Of a stretch of 64,000 bases of DNA, positions 45,565 to 64,000 are shown piece by piece. This stretch comes from the human T2T-CHM13v2.0 reference genome, Homo sapiens. The stretch is from the NCBI RefSeq assembly GCF_009914755.1, contig NC_060945.1, one strand, 5' to 3'. The notes beneath the pieces were generated by a model. That model did not search any database and was not told where the DNA came from. It was given only the letters and a program-made list of their open reading frames with translations. Every line of letters starts with the position of its first letter. The stretch's first letter is position 1. The translations under genes and the position numbers were made by a program.

Positions 45565-48075
45565 TTCCGTCAAAGCCTGGAAAATAGTTACATCTCCTGG
45601 ATGATCGTTTCAGAAATTTGTCACAATGCTCCCTCCCTGCAGAGTCTAGAGAAGATTTGCATCATTTGGGTGATCAGTGCAGAGATATATCACAATGTCC
45701 CCTGTACAAAAAGCCTGGAAATGGTTTACATCACCTCGGTGATCAGTGCATAGGTATGTCAGAAATCCCCAGTAGGCTGAACCTAGAAAAGTGTTGCATC
45801 ACTTAGGTGATCAGTGTAGTGATATGTGAAAATTCCCGTGCAGACAGAGCCTAGACAAGTGTTACACCACATAGTGATCAGTGCAGGGATAAGTCCTAAA
45901 GCTTCCTGTAGGCAGAGTGTAGACAACTGTTTCCTCCCTGTGGTGATCAGTGTAGTGATATGTCTCAAAGCCCCTGTAAGCAGAACCTTGACAAGGGTTA
46001 CATCACCTGTTAGATCAGTAGAAACGTATATCACAAAGCCCCCTGAAGGCAAAGCCCAGACAATTGTTACATCACCTGGGTGAGCAGTGGAGAGATCTGT
46101 CACAATGCCCCAGTAGGCAGAGCTTAGACAAGGGTTACATCACCTGGGTGATCAGTGTAGAGATATGTCAAAACGCTCCTGTAGTCTGAACCTAGACAGG
46201 AGTTACACCACCTGGGTTATCAGTGCAGAGATATGTGAGAATTCCCGTGTAGGCAGAGCCTGGACAAGTGTTACATCACCTAGGTTATCAGTGCAGGTAT
46301 AAGTCGTAAAGCCCCCTGTAGACAGAGCGTAGAAAAGAGTTTCTTTCCCAGGGTGATCAGTCCAGAGATGTGTCACAAAGCCCCTGTAGGCAGAGCCTAG
46401 ACAAGAGTTTCATCACTTGGTTGATCAGTTCAGAGATGTGTCACAATTTCCATGTAGGCAGATCTAAGACAAGAGTCCATTACCTGGGTGATCAGTGCAG
46501 AGATATGTCACAATGCCACTGTAGGCAGAGCCTAGACAAGAGTTACATGACTTAGGTGATCAGTGCAGAGATACATCGCAATGCCCCTGTAGCAGAGCCT
46601 TGACAATTGGTATATCACCTGGGTGATCATTGCAGGCAAATGTCACAAAGCACCCTGTAGGCAGATCCTAGAAAAGAGTTACATCACCTGGGTGATCAGT
46701 GCAGAGATATGTCATAATGCCACTGGAGGCAGAGCCTAGACAAGAGTTACATGACCTAGGTGATCAGTGCATATATACATCGCAATGCCCCTGTAAGCAG
46801 AACCTTAACAAGTGGTATATCACCTGGGTGATCATTGCAGTGATATGTCACAAAGCACCCTGTAGGCAGATCCTAGAGAAGAGTTATATCACCTGGGTGA
46901 TCAGTACAGAGATATGTCACAAGCCCCCTGTAGGCAGAGCCTAGACAAGAGTTATATCACCAGGGTGATCAGTGCAGTGATATGTCACAATGCCGTGTAG
47001 CCAGAGCCTAGACTAAAGTTACAGCACCTGGGAGGTCAGTGCAGAGATATGTCACAATGTCCCCAGTAGACACAGACCAGGCAAGAGTTGGATCACAGAG
47101 GGATCACTGCAGTGATATGTCTCAATCCCCCTGTGGGCATAACCTACACAAGAGTTACATCACCTCGGTTAACATTGCAGAGATATGTCAAAATGCCCCT
47201 GTAAGCAGAGCCTACACAAATGTTACATCACTTAGGTGATCAGTGCAGAGATATGTTACAATACCCCCTGTTAGCAGAGCCTAGACAAGAGTTGCATCAC
47301 CTGGGTGATCAGAGCAGAGATGTGTGACAAGGCTCCTTTAAGCAGAGCGTAGACAATAGTTACATCACCTGAGTGATCAGTGCAGAGATCTGTCACAATG
47401 CCCCTTTAGGCAGAGCTTAGACCAGAGTTACATCACCTGGGTGATCAGTGCAGTGATATTTCACAATGCCCCCATAGGCAAATTCAAGACAAGAGTCCGT
47501 CACTTGGGTGATCAGTGCAGAAATATGTGACCATGCCCCCTGTAGGCAGAGCCTAGAGAAGAGTCCCATCACCTGGGTAATCAGTGCAGAGATATTTCAC
47601 AATGCCCCTGCAGGCAGAGCATAAGCAAGAGTTACATCACCGAGAAGATCAGTGCAGAGATATGTCACAAGGCCCCCTATAGGCAGAGCTTGGACAAGAG
47701 TTACATCACCTTCGTGATCAATGCAGTTGTATGTCACTATGCCCCGTAGGCAGAGCCTAGTCAAGCGTTACATCACCTGGGTGATCAGTGCAGAGATATG
47801 TCACAAAGCTCCCATACATAGAGCCTAGACAAGAGTCGCATCACCTGGGTGATCAGTGCAGAAATATGTCACAATGCCCCCATAGGCAGATCCAACACAA
47901 GAGTTACATCACCTGGATGATCAGTGTAGAGATATGTCAAAAAGCCCCCACAGGCAGAACCTAGACAAAAGTCCCATCACCTGGGTGATCAGTGCAGAGA
48001 TATATCACAAAGCCCCTGTAGGCAGAGCCTAGACAAGGGTTACATCACTTTGTTGATCAGTTCAGAGATGTGTCA
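45565..48075 (+). repeat. Beta satellite tract, ~2.5 kb
   Basis: Tandem 68-69 bp monomers. Confidence 0.97.
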
Positions 48076-50830
<2,755 letters not shown>

Positions 50831-51219
50831 CTTGGTCACAGCCTGCAGAATACTTACATCTCCTGGATGATCAGTTCAGAAATATGTCACAATGACCCCT
50901 CCCTGCGGAGCCCAGAGAAGATTTGCATCATTTGGGTGATCAGTGCAGAGATATTTCACAATGTCACCTGCAAAAAAAGCCTGGAAATGATTTATGTCAC
51001 CTCGGTGATCAGTGCATAGGTATGTCAGAAATCCCCAGTAGGCTGAACCTAGACAAGGGTTACATCACTTAGGTGAACAGTGTAGAGATATGTGAAAATT
51101 CCCGTGTAGACAGAGCCTAGACAAGAGTTACATCACCTAGTGATCAGTGCAGGGATAAGTCGTAAAGTCTCCTGTAGGCAGAGGGTAGAAAAGTGTTTCC
51201 TCCTTGGGGTGATCAGTGC
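50831..51219 (+). repeat. Short + strand beta satellite tract ending at an inversion junction
   Basis: About 5-6 post-module monomers, then a strand switch at GATCAGTGC|CTACTGGAG. Confidence 0.93.
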
Positions 51220-56438
<5,219 letters not shown>

Positions 56439-59400
56439 TGACACATCTCTGAACTGATCAACAAAGTGATGTAACCCTTGTCTAGGCTCGGCCTACAGGG
56501 GCTTTGTGACATATCTCTGCACTGATCACCCAGCTGATGGGACGTTTGTCAAGGATCTGTCCATGGGGGCATTGTGACATATCTCTACACTGATCACCCA
56601 GGTGATGTAACTCTTGTGTAGTCTCTGCCTATGGGGGCATTGTGACTTATTCCTGCACTGATCACCCAGGTAATGGGACTCTTGTCTAGACTCTGTGTAT
56701 GGGGGCTTTGTGACATATCTCTGCATTGATCACCCAGGTGATGTAACGCTTGACTAGGCTCTGCCTACGGGGCATAGTGACATATCACTGCATTGATCAC
56801 CGAGGTGATGTAACTCTTGTCCAGATTCTGCCTATAGGGGACCTTGTGACATATCTCTGCACTGATCACGCAGGTCATGTAACACTTGCTTACCCTCTGC
56901 CTGCAGGGGCATTGTGAAATATCTCTGCACTGATCACCCAGGTGATGGGACTCTTCTCTAGGCTCTGCCTACTGGGGGCATTGTCACATATTTCTGCACT
57001 GATCACCCAGGTGATGGACTCTTGTCTTGGATTTGCCTATGGGGGCATTGTGACATATCTCTGCACTGACCACCCAGGTGATGTAACTCTGGTCTCAGCG
57101 CTGCCTAAAGGGGCATTGTGACAGATCTCTGCACTAATCACTCAGGTGATGTAACAATTGTCTAGGCTCTGTTTAAAGGGGCCTTGTCACATATCTCTGC
57201 ACTGATCACCCAGGTGATGTAACTCTTGTCTAGGCTCTGCTTACAGGGGGTATTGTGACATATCTCTGCACTGATAACCTAAGTGATGTAACACTTGTGT
57301 AGGCTCTGCATACAGGGGCATTTTGACATACCTCTGCACTGTTAACCAAGATGATGTAACTTTTGTCTAGGCTGTGTCCACAGGGGGATTGAGACAAATC
57401 TCTGCACTGATCTCGAGGTGATCCAACTCTTGCCTGGTCTCTGCCTACTCGGGATATTGTGACATATCTCTGCACTGATCTCCCAGGTGCTGTAACTTTA
57501 GTCTAGGCTCCGGCTACACGGCATTGTGACATATCACTGCAATAATCACCCAGGTGATATAACTCTTCTCTAGGCTCTGCCTACAGGGGTCTTGTGACAT
57601 ATATCTGCACTGACCACCCACGTGATGGGACGCTTCTCTAGGCTCTGCCAACAGTGGCATTGTGACATATCTGTGCACTGATCACCCAGCTGATGTAACT
57701 CTTTTCTAAGATCTGCCTACAGGGTGCTTTGTGACATATCCCTGCAATGATCACTCAGGTGATGTACCAATTTTCAAGGGTCTGCCTACAGGGACATTGC
57801 GATGAATCTCTGCACTGATCACCTAGCTCATGTAACTCTTGTCTAGGCTCTGCCTACAGTGGCATTGTGACATATCTATGCACTGATCCCCCAGGTGATT
57901 CGACTCTTGTCTAGAATCTGTCCACAGGGGATATTGTGAAATATCACTGCACTGATCAACTAGGTGGTGTAACTCTTGTCTACCCTCTGTCCAACGGGGT
58001 ATTGTGAAATATCTCTGCACTGATCACCATGGTGATTCAACTCTTGTCTAGGATCTGCCTACAGGGGGTATTGTGAAATATCTCTGCACTGATCAACTAG
58101 GTGGCGGAACTCTTATCTAGGCTCTGCCTACAGGGGCGTTTTCACATATCCCTAAACTGAAGACAAAGGTGATGTAACTCTTGCCTAGGCTTTGCCTACT
58201 GGGGACATTGTGACATATATCTGCACTGATCACCCAGGTGATGCAACTCTTGCCTAGGCTTTGCCTACAGGGGACATTGTGACATATTTCTGCACTGATC
58301 ACCCAGGTGATGCAACTCTTGCCTAGGCTTTGCCTACAGGGGACATTGTGACATATTTCTGCACTGATCACCCAGGTGATGCAACTCTTCTCTGTGCTCT
58401 GACTACAGGGGACATTGTGACATATCTCTGCACTGATCAACCGGGTGATGCAACTCTTCTCCATGCTCTGCCTACAGGGGGCATTGTGAGATATCTCTGC
58501 ACTGATCACCCAGGTGTTGTAACTCTTTTCTAGTCTCTACCTACAGAGGGTGTTCTGACATCACTCTGCAGAGATCACCCGGGATATCTAACTCTTGTCT
58601 AGGCTCTGCCTATGGGGGCATTGTGACTTATCTCTGCACTGATCACCCAGGAGATGTGACTCTTGTCTAAGCTCTGTCTAGAGGGACATTGGAACATATC
58701 TCTGCACTGATCGCTGAGGTGATGTAAAACTTCTCTACGCTTTGCCTAAAGTGGGATTTATGACATATCTCTGCACTGATCACCCAGGTGATATAACTCT
58801 TGTCTAGGCTCTGCCTACAGGGGGGCTTGTGACATATCTCTGCACTGATCACCCAGGTGATATAACTTTTCTCTAGGATCTGCCTACAGGGTACTTTGTG
58901 GCATATCCCTGCAATGATCACCCAGCTGATTTACCGCCTGTCAAGGCTCTGCCTACAGGGACATTGCGATGTATCTCTGCACTGATCACCTAGGTCATGT
59001 AACTCTTGTCTAGGCTCTGCCTACACTGGCATAGTGACATATCTCTGCACTGATCATCCAAGTGATGTAACATTTGTCTAGGATCTGCTTAAAGGGACTT
59101 TGTGACATAACTCTGCACTGATCATCCAGGTGATGGGGCTTTTCTCTAGGCTCTGCCTAAGGTGGCATTGTGAAATATTTCTGCACTGATCACCCAGGTG
59201 ACGGACTCTTGTCTTGGATCTGCCTATGGGCGCATTGTGACATATCTCTGCAGTGATCACCCTGGTGATATAACTGTTGTATAATCTCTGCCTACAGGGG
59301 AACTGTGAGAGATCTCTCCACTAATCACCCAAGTAAGGTAACTATTGTCTAGGCTTTGCCTACAGGGGGCTTTGTGATATACATTTGCACTGATCACCCA

Positions 59401-62029
59401 GGTGAAGTAACTCATCTAAATTGTGCCTACAGGAGCTTTGTGACATATCTCTGCACTGATCACCCAGGTGATGCAACTCTTCCCTATGCTCTGCCTACAG
59501 GAGGCATTTTGAAATATCTCTGCACTGATCACCCAGGTGATGTAACTCTTTTCTAGTCTCTACCTACAGAGGGTGTTCTGACATCACTCTGCAGAGATCA
59601 CCCGGGATATCTAACTCTTGTCTAGGCTCTGCCTATGGGGGCATTGTGACTTAGCTCTGCACTGATCACCCAGGAGACGTGTCTCTTGTCTAAGCTCTGC
59701 CTAGAGGGACATTGGGACATATCACTGCACTGATCACTGAGATGATGTAACTCATGTATAGGCTTCGCCTACAGGAGGCATTGAGACATATCTCTGCACT
59801 GATCACCGAGGTGATGCAACTCTTCTCTGGGATCTGCTTACAGGGGGCATTGTGACATATATCTGCCCTGATAACCCAGGTGAGGTAACTCTTGTCTAGG
59901 CTCTTCCTACTGGAGACATTGTGACATATGTCCGCACTGATCACCCAGGTGATGTCACTTTTGTCAAGGATATGGTTATAGGGATATTGTGACATGTCAC
60001 TGCACTGATCACACAGCTGATGTAACCCTTGTGTAGGCTCTGGATACAGGGGGTTGTGACACATCACTGCACTGATCACCCAGGTGATGTAACCCTTGTC
60101 TAGGCTCTGTCAAAAGGGGGCATTGTGACACAAGTCTGCACTGATCATCCAGGTGATGGGAGTCTTGTCTAGGCTCTGCCTACAGGGGCATTGTGACATA
60201 TCTCTGCAGTGATCACGCAGGTGATGTGACTCTTGTCTATATCTGCCTACTGGCGTCATTGTGGCATATTTCTGCACTGATCACCCAGGTGATGGACTCT
60301 TGTCTTGGATCTGCCTATAGGGGCATAGTGACATATCTCTACACTGATCACTCATGTGACGTAAGGCTTGTCTAAGCTGCACCTAAAGGGGAATTGTGAC
60401 AGATATTTCCACTGATCACCCAGGTGATGTAACAATTTTCTGGGATTTGTCTACAGGGGGCTTTGTGACATATCTTTGCACTGATCACCCAGGAGATGTA
60501 ATTCTACTCTAGGCTCGGCATACAGGGGCTTTGTGACATATTTCTGCACTGATCACCGAGTTGATGTAACTCTTGTCTAGTCTCCGCCTACAGGCGGTAT
60601 TGTGACGTATCTCTGCACTGGTCACCCAGGTGATGTAACATTTATCTAGGCTCTGCCTACTGCGGCGTTGTGACATAGCTCTGCACAGATCACCTAGGTT
60701 ATGTAACTCTTGTCCTCTCTCTGCCTACAGGGGGCATTGTGAAATATCTCTGCACTGATCACCCAGGTGATGGGACTCTTCTCTATACTCTGCCTAGAGG
60801 GGGATTTGTGACATATCTCTACACTGATCACCCATGTGATGGAAGCCTTGTCTAGGCTCTGTTTATGGGGGCATTGTGTCAAATGTCGGCACTGATCACC
60901 GAGGTGTTGTAACTCTTTTCTAAGCTCTGTCTACCGGGATTTTTGTGACATATCACTGCACTGATCACCTAGGTGATGTAAGCCTTGTGTGGGCTTTGCC
61001 TACAGAACGATTTGTGACATATCTATGCAATGATCTCTGAGGTGATGCAACTCTTGTCTAGGCACTGCCTACAAGGGACATTGGTACATATCTCTGCACT
61101 GATTACCCAGATGATGGACCCTTGTCTTAGATCTGCCTACATGGACATTGTGACACATCTCTGAACTGATCAATGAAGTGATGAAACTCTTGTCTAGGCT
61201 CTGCCTACAGGGGCTTTGTGACACATCTCTGCACTGATCACCCTGGGGAGGGAACTCTTGTCTACGCTCTGCCTACAGGAGGCTTTATGACTTATACCTG
61301 CACTGATAACCTAGCTGATATAACACTAGTCTAGGCTCTGCCTACACGGGAATTCTCACATATCTCTGCACTGATCACCCGGGTAATGTAACTCCTGCCT
61401 AGGTTCAGACTACAGGAGCGTTTTGACATATCTCTGCACTGATCACCCAGGTGATGTAACACTTGTCTAAGCTCTGCCTACAGGGGCATTGTGACAGATC
61501 TCTCCACTGCTCACCCAGGTGATGTAACAATTGTCTGGGCTTTGCCTGCCGGGGGATTTGTGATATACATTTCCACTGGTCAAACAGGTGATGTAACCCT
61601 TGTCAAGGTTCTGCTTACAGGGGCTTTGTGACATATCTCTGCACTGATCACCCCAGGGAGGAAACAATTGTCTACACTCTGCCTACAGGAGGCTTTACGA
61701 CTTATCCCTGCACTGATCACTAGGTGATGTAACACTTGTCTAGCCTCTGTATACACGGGAATTTTCACATATCTCTACACTGATCACCTAAGTGATGTAA
61801 CCCTTGTCTAGGTTCAGCCTACTGGGGATTTCTGACATACCTATGCACTGATCACCGAGGTGATGTAAATCATTTCCAGGCTTTTTGTAGAGGGGACATT
61901 GTGATATATCTCTGCACTGATCACCCAAATGATGCAAATCTTCTCTAGGCTCTGCAGGGAGGGGGCATTGTGACATATTTCTGAACTGATCATCCAGGAG
62001 ATGTAACTATTCTCCAGGCTTTGACTAAA
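56439..62029 (-). repeat. Beta satellite tract, ~5.6 kb (minus strand)
   Basis: Reverse-complement monomers. Confidence 0.97.

Positions 62030-64000
<1,971 letters not shown>

Overview
Primate, almost certainly human (it carries an AluYa5), heterochromatic DNA. It is a composite array of nine degenerate D4Z4/DUX4-like modules separated by tracts of 68-69 bp beta (Sau3A) satellite. Full modules are about 2.76 kb: ~0.8 kb upstream region, DUX4-like double-homeobox reading frame, exon 2-like segment, and a pLAM/exon 3-like end. Nearly all modules share the same two satellite junctions, so the amplified unit is DUX module plus satellite spacer. Orientation switches three times: + 1-14655, - 14656-20358, + 20359-51219, - 51220-64000. 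No module has an intact full-length DUX4 frame. Module 5 is one base short of one, and module 4 keeps both homeodomains in frame. Other features are a 22-bp scar of a deleted module, an inverted block whose ends look circularly permuted, and a young 5'-truncated AluYa5 with TSD. Such arrays are known from acrocentric short arms and pericentromeres, but the chromosome cannot be assigned from this window. Most ORFs in the track are spurious. Comparisons to DUX4/D4Z4/Alu references are from memory and need alignment.
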